From the NCBI GenBank assembly GCA_965215425.1, contig OZ244064.1, positions 2,362,319 to 2,426,318 on the forward strand: a stretch of DNA of 64,000 nucleotides. The letters are read 5' to 3'. The first letter of the stretch is position 1; every line of letters starts with the position of its first letter. Below the pieces are notes generated by a model. The model did not search any database and was not told where the DNA came from. It was given only the letters and a program-made list of their open reading frames with translations. This document shows positions 26,480 to 36,313 of the stretch, piece after piece. The DNA comes from Dehalococcoidia bacterium. GTDB taxonomy: Bacteria > Chloroflexota > Dehalococcoidia > Lucifugimonadales > UBA3495. The translations under genes were made by a program, and so were the position numbers.

Positions 26480-26866
26480 CTAACCCTGTGGCCCCGGAGC
26501 CGCATCCAGCAACTTCTTCAGGTCCTCTTTCGCCTTTCTTATTTCCGACACCTTGGCGGCGATGGTGTTGAAAAGGTTCTGGCGGGACTTGATGCCCTCG
26601 GTTATGAGAAATGCCGCCGCCTCGGAACGGCTGCCGACCACCTCCGCTTCCACCAGTTCATCCAGCCGGGCCAGGCTGTCCTTGTCCACCCGCACCATCA
26701 CCACGTTGTCCCGGGTCTGGCGGTCGCTCGCGGTTTTGCTGCGGATGTTGCCGATAGTTTCCATCACACTGCCGGCGGCGACTTCCGCCGTTTCGGTTAC
26801 CAGACTGGCCGCCTCGCGCCCCAAGTCGATCGCCCGTTCCCGCCGGCCCTTATCTTGCTTAGCCAT
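26480..26866 (-). CDS. ribbon-helix-helix (CopG-like) domain protein
   Basis: VVMVRVDKDSLARLDELVEAEVVGSRSEAAAFLITEGI follows the RHH pattern. Confidence 0.55.
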   Translation of the reverse strand: MAKQDKGRRERAIDLGREAASLVTETAEVAAGSVMETIGNIRSKTASDRQTRDNVVMVRVDKDSLARLDELVEAEVVGSRSEAAAFLITEGIKSRQNLFNTIAAKVSEIRKAKEDLKKLLDAAPGPQG

Positions 26867-26959
26867 TGCTCACCTCGGAAAAACGTATTTCTCTTACAGA
26901 TTACAGGTAATATAATAGATGTATTACATCATGTCAACCCGGTTTAAGGAGGATTTGGT

Positions 26960-27407
26960 ATGACCAGCAGGCGCCGCAGCCGGCGGATAGTTGTTATGGA
27001 TTTCCAGAACCTGGGGGTGGCGGCAACGGCGGTTCCGGCAAAGGACCGCCGTATCAGGGAGCAGGTTGACCGGATGGCCCCTGAGATAGCTCCCGATACT
27101 GGGCACAGTTTGTTCAAAGCCTTTTGCCGCCCTGAATCAAAGCGCTGCAATAACCGAACTGGGTAGGTTGGGCTGGAGAACCAAAACTGACCGGGCTAAT
27201 CTGGATTCAGCCATCGTCCAGCAGTGCAAGAGCTATTGCGGACAGGACCCAGGTAACACCGTCCTGGTAATTTGCAGCAAAGACGGCGATTTTGTCAGCT
27301 TGGTGGAGGAGCTGCGGGATTGGGGCGTGATGGTTTGCGTAATGGGGCCACGGGATGCCAGCGAGCAACTGAAAAGAGTCGCCGGAAGTAATTGGAGGAG
27401 GTTATAG
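26960..27407 (+). pseudogene. NYN/LabA-like (PIN-related) domain gene interrupted by a frameshift
   Basis: ORF 26960..27166 (RRIVVMDFQNLG...) and ORF 27168..27407 (...NLDSAIVQ...VLVICSKDGDFVSLVEELRDWGVMVCVMG) are collinear halves of a NYN domain. The second frame is open from 27090 and reads ...FAALNQSAAITELGRLGWRTKT. Confidence 0.65.
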
Positions 27408-27422
27408 CCGGGGCGGGGGCAA

Positions 27423-30400
27423 TCACTCCCCCGCCATCTCCCGCTCCAACCGCTCAATATCCCCCTCGCTCAGGTTGAAGTATCGGGCATCCGGGTGGTG
27501 GAATACCAGGGCGGATACCGAACCCTCCGGGTCCATCATATAGCCCTCGGTCAGTTCCACGCCGATGTGGGAGGTTACGTCCAGCAGGCGGAAAAGCTGC
27601 TGCTGGTCCTCCAGGCGGGGGCAGGCCGGGTAGCCGAAGGAGTAGCGGCGGCCCCGGTAGCGGGTGCGGAACAGCTCCTGGTAGGTGATGCCTTGCGGGT
27701 CGCCAAAACCCCACATCTGGCGTAGCTGCTGGTGCAGCAGTTCGGCAAAGGCTTCGGCGGATTCCAGGGCCAGGACCTGCAATATGTGGGAGTTGAGGAA
27801 CTCGCCCCGGTCTTTCCACTCCTCGGCCAGGGCGCGCACCCCCGGCCCGACGCTGGTGGCGAACATCGCCACGTAGTCCGGGCGCTCGGCCCCAACCGGC
27901 CGGGCGTAGTCGGCCAGGCACAGTCCCTCCCGCTGGGACTGGCGGCCAAAGTAGAAACGCTCCAGCTCCGTCGCCCCGTCCGGCCCGTAAATCAGCAGGT
28001 TTTGCCCGTCGGAGTGGCAGGGAAAGAACTTGAACACGGCATTGGCTTGAATGTCCGGCCGGGCCAGCATAATATCCTCTACCCGCCGCACCGACTCCCG
28101 CAATTCCAGCGCGGCTGTCTCCTCCCGCTCCAGGGCCTCGGCAAAGCGTCCCTGGTAGCCCAGGTGCCGGACATAGAGCATTTGGGGGTTGATGTAGGGG
28201 AAAATCCCGGCCAGGTCATAGTCCCGGACCACGTGCAGCCGTAGATCCGGCGGATGCGGTATGTCAAAGTCGTGGCGAACCCGGGCCGGGGACACCGGGG
28301 CCGGCTCGCCGCCGGTATCCGCCCTTTCCCGGGCCTGGACCTCCCGCAGCAGTTCGTCGGTCTCGGTTTCGATACTGGCGGACAGCTTTTGCCGTTCGTC
28401 GGCGTCCTGCAAGGTGTTCGCCAGGGCCAGCCCACTCATGGCGTCCTGGGCGTAGGCCACCAGGCCGGCGTACTCCGGGGCGATGCGCAGCCGGGTAAAG
28501 CGGTTGGACAGGGCGGCGCCGCCGACCAGGATGGGCGAGTTGACGCCGGCCTGGCGGAAGTCCCGCACCGTTTCCACCATCATCTGCGCCGACTTGACCA
28601 ACAGGCCGGACAGTCCGACGATGTCCGGGTCGTGTTCCTGGCAAGCGTCAATCAGGTCCTGGGGCGGCACCTTGATGCCCAGGTTGATGACCTGGTAGCC
28701 GTTGTTGGACAGGATGATGTCCACCAGGTTTTTGCCGATGTCGTGAACGTCTCCCTTGACCGTCGCCAGGATTACCTTGCCCTTGGTGGCGGCGTCGGCC
28801 CGATCCATGTGGGGTTCCAGGTGCGCCACGGCGAACTTCATCGCCTCCGCCGATTGCAACACTTCGGCGACGATAAGTTGGTTGGCGTTGAACTGGCGGC
28901 CCACCTCGTCCATACCGGCCATCAACGGCCCGTTGATAACCTCCAGGGGCGCCCGACCGGCCAAAGCCTCATCCAGATCCTCGGCCAGCCCTTCCTTGCT
29001 TCCCTCGATGATTGCCAGGGCCAAACGTTCATCCAGGGGCAGGCTGCGCCGCTCCTCGGCGGTGGCCCGGGGGGCCTTGTCCCGGAAATGGGCGGCAAAG
29101 GCGGCTACCGGGTCCTCGCCCAGGTTCCAGATCAGGTCTTCCGACAGCTTGCGCTCCTCTTCCGGTATGGAGCTGTAGCGTTGCATCATCTCCGAGTTGA
29201 CGATCGCCAGGTCCAGGCCGGCCTGGACGCAGTGATAGAGAAAAACCGAGTTGAACACTTCTCGGCCGGCCGGGGGCAAGCCGAAGGAAACGTTGGAGAT
29301 GCCCAGGACGGTCTTGGTGTTGGGTAGCGCCGCTTTAATCAGGCGCACTCCCTCGATGGTTTCGGCGGCGGAGCCGATGTAGTTGACGTCGCCGGTGCCG
29401 GCCGGAAATACCAGGGGATCAAAGATAATATCTTCTTCCGGGATGCCGTACTTTTCCGTCAGCAGTTGGTGGGAACGGAGGGCGATTTCCAGCTTGCGCT
29501 CCCGGGTGATGGCCTGGGCCTGCTCCGGGTCATCGTCGATGCAGCCCACCACCAGGGCGGCGCCGTAGGCCCGGGCCAGGGGCGTTACCGCCTGGAACCG
29601 GGCCTCGCCGTCCTCCAGGTTGACCGAGTTGATGATGGACTTGCCTTGCAGCCGTTTCAGCGCTTCCCGGATGACCTGCGCATCGGTGGAGTCAATCATT
29701 ATGGGGCTTTTGACCTTTCGGGTCAGCAGGTCCAGGAAAGTGATGATGTCGGCCAGTTCGTCCCGATCCGGGTCTTGCAGGCAAACGTCCAGTACGTGGG
29801 CGCCGTTGCGAACCTGGTGGCGGCCAATCTCGGCGGCCTCCTCGAAGGAACCCCGGCTGATGAGGCGGCGAAAGCGGCGGCTGCCCAGGACGTTGGTGCG
29901 TTCCCCCACGATGGCCGGGCGAGTGTCCTGGTCAACTACCAGGGCCTCGATACCGGAAACTCGGGTTTCCCGTTGGCTGACCGGCTCCCGGGGCAGAACG
30001 CCGGCGGCCCGCTTCGCCAGCAGCCGGATATGCTCCGGACCGGTGCCGCAGCAGCCGCCGGCTATGTTGAGCCAGCCCGATTCCATAAACCGGCCGACGG
30101 CGTTCGCCAGCATTTCCGGGGTTTCGTTATACTTCCCGTCCTCGTCGGGCAACCCGGCGTTGGGCAGGCAGGCCACGGGAAAGTGGGACAGGCCGGCCAG
30201 AGTGCGGACGTGGTCGGTCATAAACTCCGGCCCGGTGGCGCAGTTGAAGCCGAGCCACAGCAGGTCCCGGTGGGCCAGGGAGGTATAAAAGGCTTCGGCG
30301 TCCTGCCCGGCCAGCAGCGTCCCCATGGGTTCGATAGTGCCTTGCACTGCCACCGGCACCGCCCGGCCCAGCTCGGCCAGGGCCTGGTCGATGCCGATAA

Positions 30401-30932
30401 GCCCGGCTTTCAGGTTGGTGGTGTCCTGGGTGGTTTCCAGCAGCAGCAGGTCGGCGCCGCCCTCCACCAGGCCCAGAGCCTGCTCCTGGTAGGCGGCGGA
30501 TAGTTCGTCAAAGGTTATGCCACCGGTAACTGAGATGGTCTTGGTGGTTGGTCCCATAGACCCGGCGACGAACCGGGGACGTTCCGGCGTAGCGGCGGCA
30601 TCGGCGGCCAGCCGGGCCAGCCGGGCCGCTTCCCGGTTAATGCGGCGAGCATCCGAGGCCAGGTTATACTCCGCCAGCACCACCGAAGTAGCGCCAAAAG
30701 TGTTGGTTTCGATGATGTCGGCCCCGGCGTCCAGAAAGGCCCGGTGGATGCCGGCGATAGCCTCGGGCCGAGTCAGGTTCAGGTACTCGTTACAACCCTC
30801 GTACTCCGCGCCGCCGAAGTCTTCCGGCCCCAACTCCAAGGCCTGGATGAAGGTCCCCATCGCCCCGTCCATTACCAGAATCCGCTCGCGGAGCAACGAT
30901 TTCAACTGATTAACCCGGCTGTCAGTGGTCAT
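27423..30932 (-). CDS. metH: cobalamin-dependent methionine synthase
   Basis: 1169 aa with Hcy-binding, pterin-binding, B12-binding (GDVHDIGKN) and AdoMet-activation domains in the canonical order. Confidence 0.95.
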   Translation of the reverse strand: MTTDSRVNQLKSLLRERILVMDGAMGTFIQALELGPEDFGGAEYEGCNEYLNLTRPEAIAGIHRAFLDAGADIIETNTFGATSVVLAEYNLASDARRINREAARLARLAADAAATPERPRFVAGSMGPTTKTISVTGGITFDELSAAYQEQALGLVEGGADLLLLETTQDTTNLKAGLIGIDQALAELGRAVPVAVQGTIEPMGTLLAGQDAEAFYTSLAHRDLLWLGFNCATGPEFMTDHVRTLAGLSHFPVACLPNAGLPDEDGKYNETPEMLANAVGRFMESGWLNIAGGCCGTGPEHIRLLAKRAAGVLPREPVSQRETRVSGIEALVVDQDTRPAIVGERTNVLGSRRFRRLISRGSFEEAAEIGRHQVRNGAHVLDVCLQDPDRDELADIITFLDLLTRKVKSPIMIDSTDAQVIREALKRLQGKSIINSVNLEDGEARFQAVTPLARAYGAALVVGCIDDDPEQAQAITRERKLEIALRSHQLLTEKYGIPEEDIIFDPLVFPAGTGDVNYIGSAAETIEGVRLIKAALPNTKTVLGISNVSFGLPPAGREVFNSVFLYHCVQAGLDLAIVNSEMMQRYSSIPEEERKLSEDLIWNLGEDPVAAFAAHFRDKAPRATAEERRSLPLDERLALAIIEGSKEGLAEDLDEALAGRAPLEVINGPLMAGMDEVGRQFNANQLIVAEVLQSAEAMKFAVAHLEPHMDRADAATKGKVILATVKGDVHDIGKNLVDIILSNNGYQVINLGIKVPPQDLIDACQEHDPDIVGLSGLLVKSAQMMVETVRDFRQAGVNSPILVGGAALSNRFTRLRIAPEYAGLVAYAQDAMSGLALANTLQDADERQKLSASIETETDELLREVQARERADTGGEPAPVSPARVRHDFDIPHPPDLRLHVVRDYDLAGIFPYINPQMLYVRHLGYQGRFAEALEREETAALELRESVRRVEDIMLARPDIQANAVFKFFPCHSDGQNLLIYGPDGATELERFYFGRQSQREGLCLADYARPVGAERPDYVAMFATSVGPGVRALAEEWKDRGEFLNSHILQVLALESAEAFAELLHQQLRQMWGFGDPQGITYQELFRTRYRGRRYSFGYPACPRLEDQQQLFRLLDVTSHIGVELTEGYMMDPEGSVSALVFHHPDARYFNLSEGDIERLEREMAGE

Positions 30933-30966
30933 AACTCATACCCATTACCCCCGGAAATTGCTCTTC

Positions 30967-30996
30967 AGCCTACCCGGTAGGGGGCGGCGGTGTCAA
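30967..30996 (-). promoter_or_regulatory. candidate metH promoter
   Basis: Minus strand: TTGACA (complement of 30991-30996), 18 nt, TAGGCT (complement of 30967-30972). Confidence 0.3.
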
Positions 30997-31076
30997 GCGG
31001 CGTACGGGCGCTACCGAGCGCCGGCGCCCGTACGCCTGGTTAAATCCGCAACTGGTGCAACGCCAATTGGTAATTC

Positions 31077-33692
31077 CTACGCGGTCGTTCCGAACCGCTC
31101 CGCCAACTCCGCCCGGTTCAGTTCCAGCCACTTTGCGTTCAGCCGGATGCGTTCCAGGGACTGGCGGATGGTGCGCTCGGCGGCTGGGGCCGGGTGTTCC
31201 TGGAAGAAGGTCTCCACCTCGGTCAGCTTGGCGGCGTCCACGAAGTTGCTGCAAATGGAGACCAGGCGCATCAGCCCGAAACCGCCATCGCCATAGCGCC
31301 GGTCGAACTCGCCCCAGTTGTCCTGGACGAACTGCCAGGCCGGCTGCCGCCCCAGCAGATTGGCGGCCACGGCGGTTATCACGGTGATCGTGTCCTGGGA
31401 GCGCACCGCATCGGTCAGGGAACGCTGCAGGGTCTCCTGCAATAGCTCCGGCTGGGTAAAGCGGGCCAGGGCAATAAGCAGTCGTATTTTCTCCTCCTGC
31501 AAGTCCGTCGCCCGCTCCAAATCCCACAGCCGTTCGTAGGTTTCGGCATCGCCGTTCTGGGCGGCTAGGCTGAATACCAGCCCCCGCAGGTCGGGGCGCA
31601 GAGTGGCGGGGTCTTTGCGGTAAGCGTCGAACCGTTCGGTGGCCTGGGTCAGAAACTCGGAGTCTCCGTAGCTGCCGACCTGGCTCAACACCGTGCTGCG
31701 GAGCAGGGCGTCCAGGTGTCCCTCGCCGCTCCGGGCCTCCCAGCCGATGCGCCGGGCCGCCGGGCCGAACAGGGCGCGGGCAAAGGCGCGGTAGTTTTCG
31801 TGGCAAGGCTCGTCCGCTACCAGCAATTCAATGTCCCGCAAGTTGCTGGCCAGGTCGCTCCACACCGAGGCGTCATCCTCGTTTTCGTAGGCCCCGGCCA
31901 GGTCAAGGAACTGGTTGACCGGCAGCAGGCCGGCCCTGGAGAGGGCGTAGGCGTCGTTCTGGATGCCCAGCCGGTCAGTGGCCGGCAGGGTCAGCGCGTT
32001 GATGGCCGGAATCAGCCGCTGCCAGTCCTCCGGGGAGTAATTTACCCGGAAGAATCCGGTTTGCTGCGGGTTGACCTTGAACCAGCCCCCGTCCCCGGCC
32101 GGCCGGGGCAGGCGCAGTCGGGCTTGGGGCCCATCCATTACCAGCGGTTCGGACGCCGGGCCGCCGTCGTCGCTTTGGGCGACCCCTACCGGCACCTGCC
32201 ATACCATCCCTTCCGGCTCCGCCTCGCCCAGCAGATGGTCATAGACGAACCGCTCCTGGGAAAGCGCCACTTCCAGGTGGTCGGCGGTCTGTTGAGTTTC
32301 CACTTGCAGCACCGGGTAGCCCATCTGCCCGGTCCAGGTGTTCATAATGGCGGTTACCGGCTGTTGAGAGGCTTGTTCCAGGGCGGCCCACAGGTGTTCG
32401 GTGCGGGCGTTGGCGTACTGGTTGGCGCTGAGGTACTGGTGCAGGCCCTGGCGAAAAACCTCCGGGGTCAGGAATTGTTCCAGCATTCGGATGACCGATG
32501 CGCCCTTGCTGTAGCTGATGGCGTCGAAAAGCTGGCTTATTTCCGCCGGGTCTTTCACTTCCTGCTCGATGGGATGGGAGTTCTTGAGACCGTCCAGGCT
32601 CAACGCCCGGTTGGTATCCATATTCACGAACTGAGTCCACATTTGCCAATCCGGGAAGGCCCAGTCGGTGGCCTTGGTGCCCATCCAGGAGGCGAAACTT
32701 TCGTTCAGCCACAGGTCGTCCCACCATTCCATGGTAACCAGGTCGCCGAACCACATATGGGCCATTTCGTGGGCCACTACCTCGGCCACCCGCTGCCGGG
32801 TGCCGGCCGAGGAGTTTTCCGGGTCCACCAGCAGTGCCGTTTCCCGGTAGGTGATGGCGCCCCAGTTTTCCATCGCGCCGGCGGCAAAGTCCGGTATGGC
32901 GATGTGGTCCAGCTTTTCCAGGGGATAGGGTATGCCGAAGTAATCGTTGAAGAAGGACAGCATCCGCGCCGAGGTTTCCAGGGCGAAACGGCCCTGCTCC
33001 TCCTTGCCCCGGGTGGTCCAGACCCCCACCCGGGTGTTATTGACCGCCTCCTGCTCGATGGAGGTCAGGTCGCCGACGACGAAGGCCAGCAGGTAGGTGG
33101 ACATTACGGGGGTTTGGGCGAACATTACCGACTTGTAGCCGGCATCCAGCCCGGCCTGGTCGATTGCCGGCGTGTTGGAGACGGCTACCATATTTGCCGG
33201 GATGTTCAGGGTCAACTGAAAGGTGGCTTTACAGGCGGGTTCGTCCCAGCAAGGGAAGGCCCGGCGGGCATCGGTGGCCTCAAACTGGGTGGTGGCCAGG
33301 TAGCTGACCTCCCCCTCCGGGTTGACGTACTGGCTCCGGTAAAAACCCCGCAGTTTGTCGTTAAGCGCGCCGGTAAAGCGCAAATCCAGTTGAGCTTCCC
33401 CCGGGCTGATCGAGTCGGCGAAAGACAGGGTCGCCGTCTCCCGCTCCGAGTTCAGGGTTATCGACGCCGCGCCCGCGCTGCGTCCGTCTTTGATCAAAGT
33501 GGCCGAGTGGATTTGCAGTTCGTCGGCGTTAAGTATGATCTCGGAAGTGGCCTCGGCAATCTCGATGTTAATGATTTCCAGGCCGTCGAAGGTGAACTTT
33601 TCCAGGTCCGGCTGCAAGGTAATCTGGTAGTGGCTGGGGCGGACGTTGGCGGGCAATACAACAGTGTCGCTGGCGGGCATACTGGCGGGCAT
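31077..33692 (-). CDS. pepN: aminopeptidase N (M1 zinc metallopeptidase)
   Basis: GAMENWG exopeptidase motif and HEMAHMWFGDLVTMEWWDDLWLNESFA (HExxH-18-E). Confidence 0.9.
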   Translation of the reverse strand: MPASMPASDTVVLPANVRPSHYQITLQPDLEKFTFDGLEIINIEIAEATSEIILNADELQIHSATLIKDGRSAGAASITLNSERETATLSFADSISPGEAQLDLRFTGALNDKLRGFYRSQYVNPEGEVSYLATTQFEATDARRAFPCWDEPACKATFQLTLNIPANMVAVSNTPAIDQAGLDAGYKSVMFAQTPVMSTYLLAFVVGDLTSIEQEAVNNTRVGVWTTRGKEEQGRFALETSARMLSFFNDYFGIPYPLEKLDHIAIPDFAAGAMENWGAITYRETALLVDPENSSAGTRQRVAEVVAHEMAHMWFGDLVTMEWWDDLWLNESFASWMGTKATDWAFPDWQMWTQFVNMDTNRALSLDGLKNSHPIEQEVKDPAEISQLFDAISYSKGASVIRMLEQFLTPEVFRQGLHQYLSANQYANARTEHLWAALEQASQQPVTAIMNTWTGQMGYPVLQVETQQTADHLEVALSQERFVYDHLLGEAEPEGMVWQVPVGVAQSDDGGPASEPLVMDGPQARLRLPRPAGDGGWFKVNPQQTGFFRVNYSPEDWQRLIPAINALTLPATDRLGIQNDAYALSRAGLLPVNQFLDLAGAYENEDDASVWSDLASNLRDIELLVADEPCHENYRAFARALFGPAARRIGWEARSGEGHLDALLRSTVLSQVGSYGDSEFLTQATERFDAYRKDPATLRPDLRGLVFSLAAQNGDAETYERLWDLERATDLQEEKIRLLIALARFTQPELLQETLQRSLTDAVRSQDTITVITAVAANLLGRQPAWQFVQDNWGEFDRRYGDGGFGLMRLVSICSNFVDAAKLTEVETFFQEHPAPAAERTIRQSLERIRLNAKWLELNRAELAERFGTTA

Positions 33693-33935
33693 AGCAGGGG
33701 CCTCCGTGTCTTGATTTCAGGCTGCAAGGTTGCGCCGAAAGGGCGCCAAGTTTCGGTATCGGCGAGGGCAGTTTAGCATAAGGGGGTAGTTTAGCATAAA
33801 AGGAAAAGACAGAGATAGCGCAAATCCGCCGGCTCCCCGGCCGGGGGTGCGATGACTGAACGATGACCGGATGACTGGTGGCGAGCTACCCGGTCTGGGA
33901 GTTGAAGGTACGCAAGGCGGTTTTGCGCTGTTGTA

Positions 33936-33944
33936 TGCTATAAT
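33936..33944 (+). promoter_or_regulatory. candidate extended -10 promoter upstream of leuC
   Basis: TGCTATAAT (TATAAT at 33939-33944); no good -35. Confidence 0.35.
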
Positions 33945-34027
33945 AACCCGGGTTTGGCCGCCTCCGCCGGTTGGCAGGAATTACCCCGGGGATGGTGGTC
34001 TGGTTATCTTTGCTAAAGAGGTTGGAT

Positions 34028-35428
34028 ATGCCGCCAAAGACCATGTTCGAAAAAATCTGGGAGGCCCACGTGGTTCACGAGGAACCGGGCCAACCCTCCA
34101 TTCTCTACATTGACCTGCATCTGATTCACGAGGTAACTACTCCCCAGGCCTTTGAGGGCCTGCGCCTGGCCGGGCGGGGGGTGCGCCGGCCCGATTTGAC
34201 CATCGCCACCGCGGACCACAACACGCCGACCTGGGACCTGTCTTTGCCGATCACCGACGAGGTTTCCAGGCGGCAGCTGGACGCGCTGACCGATAACACC
34301 CGGGACTTTGGCATCACCCTCTATGACCGCTACAGCCCTTACCAGGGCATTGTCCACATCATCGGCCCGGATTTGGGTTATACCCTGCCCGGCAAGACGG
34401 TGGTGTGCGGCGACAGCCATACCTCTACCCACGGCGCCCTGGGCTGCTTTGCCCTGGGCATCGGCACCTCCGAGGTGGAGCACGTGCTGGCAACCCAGAC
34501 CCTGCGCCAGTTCAGGCCCCAAACGATGGAGGTGCGGGTCAACGGGCAGCTGTCCCGGGGAGTGGCGGCCAAGGACGTTATCCTGGGCATCATCGGCCGG
34601 ATTGGCGTCAACGGCGGCGTCGGCCACGTCATTGAATATACCGGCGAGGTCATTCGCTCCCTTTCGATGGACGGGCGGATGACGGTCTGTAATATGAGCA
34701 TCGAGGGCGGCGCCCGGGCCGGAATGATTGCTCCGGACGAGACCACTTTTGAGTATGTCAAGGGGCGACAATTCGCTCCTAAAGGCGCAGAACTGGAAGC
34801 GGCAGTAGAGGAGTGGCGCAAGCTGCCCACCGACCCGGGCGCCGCCTTTGACCGCTTGGTGGAGATCGACGGCGCTGAGCTGGAACCCTTTGTTACCTGG
34901 GGCACCAACCCCGGCATGGTGGCGAAGATTACCGACCGGGTTCCCGACCCGGCCTCCTTTACCGAGCCGGCCCAGCGGGAGGCCGCCGAGCGGGCTCTGA
35001 CCTATATGGGGCTGGAACCCGACACGCCGATTCAGGACGTGAAAATCGACCGGGTGTTTATTGGCGCCTGTACCAACGCCCGGCTGGAAGACCTGAGGGC
35101 CGCCGCCGCGGTAGTAAAGGGACGCCAGGTTCATTCGGATGTTTACGCGATGGTGGTTCCCGGCTCGGCCCTGGTTAAAAAGCAGGCCGAGGCGGAGGGG
35201 TTGGACGCCATTTTCAAGGACGCCGGCTTGGACTGGCGGGTGGCCGGCTGTTCGATGTGCCTGGGGATGAACCCGGACATTCTGGAACCGGGCCAGCGCT
35301 GCGCCTCCACTTCCAACCGCAACTTTGAGGGCCGCCAGGGCAAGGGCGGGCGAACTCACCTGGTCAGCCCCCCCATGGCGGCGGCGGCGGCCATCACTGG
35401 GCACTTTGTCGATATACGGGAATGGTAG
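34028..35428 (+). CDS. leuC: 3-isopropylmalate dehydratase large subunit
   Basis: [16 protein letters not shown]...[17 protein letters not shown]...[11 protein letters not shown]...[10 protein letters not shown]...CSMCLGMN Fe-S ligand motifs. Confidence 0.9.
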   Translation: MPPKTMFEKIWEAHVVHEEPGQPSILYIDLHLIHEVTTPQAFEGLRLAGRGVRRPDLTIATADHNTPTWDLSLPITDEVSRRQLDALTDNTRDFGITLYDRYSPYQGIVHIIGPDLGYTLPGKTVVCGDSHTSTHGALGCFALGIGTSEVEHVLATQTLRQFRPQTMEVRVNGQLSRGVAAKDVILGIIGRIGVNGGVGHVIEYTGEVIRSLSMDGRMTVCNMSIEGGARAGMIAPDETTFEYVKGRQFAPKGAELEAAVEEWRKLPTDPGAAFDRLVEIDGAELEPFVTWGTNPGMVAKITDRVPDPASFTEPAQREAAERALTYMGLEPDTPIQDVKIDRVFIGACTNARLEDLRAAAAVVKGRQVHSDVYAMVVPGSALVKKQAEAEGLDAIFKDAGLDWRVAGCSMCLGMNPDILEPGQRCASTSNRNFEGRQGKGGRTHLVSPPMAAAAAITGHFVDIREW

Positions 35429-35586
35429 TTCCTTCGGTTAGCGTCATCCAATTTCGGGTAACCTGTGGTTTAACCGCTTTGCTTTACCGCCTTGTTTGGT
35501 TACGTGTGGTCGGTGGGAAGGCAAGCGTAAATTAGAGGGTTGGGAAGAAATGGCCGGCCCTATATCTCGTTACCGGAGATAGATTT

Positions 35587-36300
35587 GTGGAACCCTCTAC
35601 TGAATTGACCGGGGTGGCGCGCCGGGATAGGGACCGGGATATGACATTGACCCCGGAAACGGGTGGCTCCGAAATGGGTGGTTCCCGGCTTGCCCGGCCG
35701 CTGGCGCTGGATCTCAACTCTTTGGAGTTGACCGACCGGCAACTCATAAAAATAAGCGCCGACAATGACAACCTGCGCTTTGAGCTAACCGCGAAAGGGG
35801 AGCTGGTCATAATGCCGCCGACGGGCGATCCCGGAGGATGGAAGGAAAACGAACTGGCTTTTCAGGTAACGCTATGGACTAAGCAATCCGGGACTGGAAT
35901 CGCCTTCGGTGCCGCGGCCGGCTTCCGGTTGCCTAACGGCGCCGTTCGCGCCCCCGACGTTTCCTGGGTTCTCCGGGAGAAGTGGGAGGCCTGGCAAGCA
36001 AGTCAGCTTGAACGGGATGCTGACGATGCTGACAATGAAGCCAGAAACTCCTTTCCGAATATCTGCCCCGACTTCGTACTGGAATTGCGTTCAGGTTCAG
36101 ATGTCTTGAGCGACCTCCAGCGCAAGCTGGAAGAGTATATGGAAAACGGGGCGCGGCTGGGCTGGCTCATTGACCCGATTGACCAGCGGGTACACATCTA
36201 CCGGCCGGGGGAACCGGTTGAGGCGCTGGAAAACCCGGCAACGGTGTCGGGGGAGACGGTATTGCCGGGATTTGAATTGGACCTCCGGGAAATTTGGTGA
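35587..36300 (+). CDS. Uma2-family (DUF820) putative endonuclease
   Basis: [15 protein letters not shown]...RAPDVSWV...[13 protein letters not shown]...[18 protein letters not shown]...VHIY follows the Uma2 pattern. GTG 35587 is preceded by GGAGA; ATG 35641 is an alternative start. Confidence 0.75.
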   Translation: MEPSTELTGVARRDRDRDMTLTPETGGSEMGGSRLARPLALDLNSLELTDRQLIKISADNDNLRFELTAKGELVIMPPTGDPGGWKENELAFQVTLWTKQSGTGIAFGAAAGFRLPNGAVRAPDVSWVLREKWEAWQASQLERDADDADNEARNSFPNICPDFVLELRSGSDVLSDLQRKLEEYMENGARLGWLIDPIDQRVHIYRPGEPVEALENPATVSGETVLPGFELDLREIW

Positions 36301-36313
36301 ACGAGAGGAGATT

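Noticed and set aside
31716-33776. 686-aa plus-strand ORF
   Set aside because: It is antisense to pepN, which carries the GAMEN and HExxH-E motifs. The composition is low-complexity.
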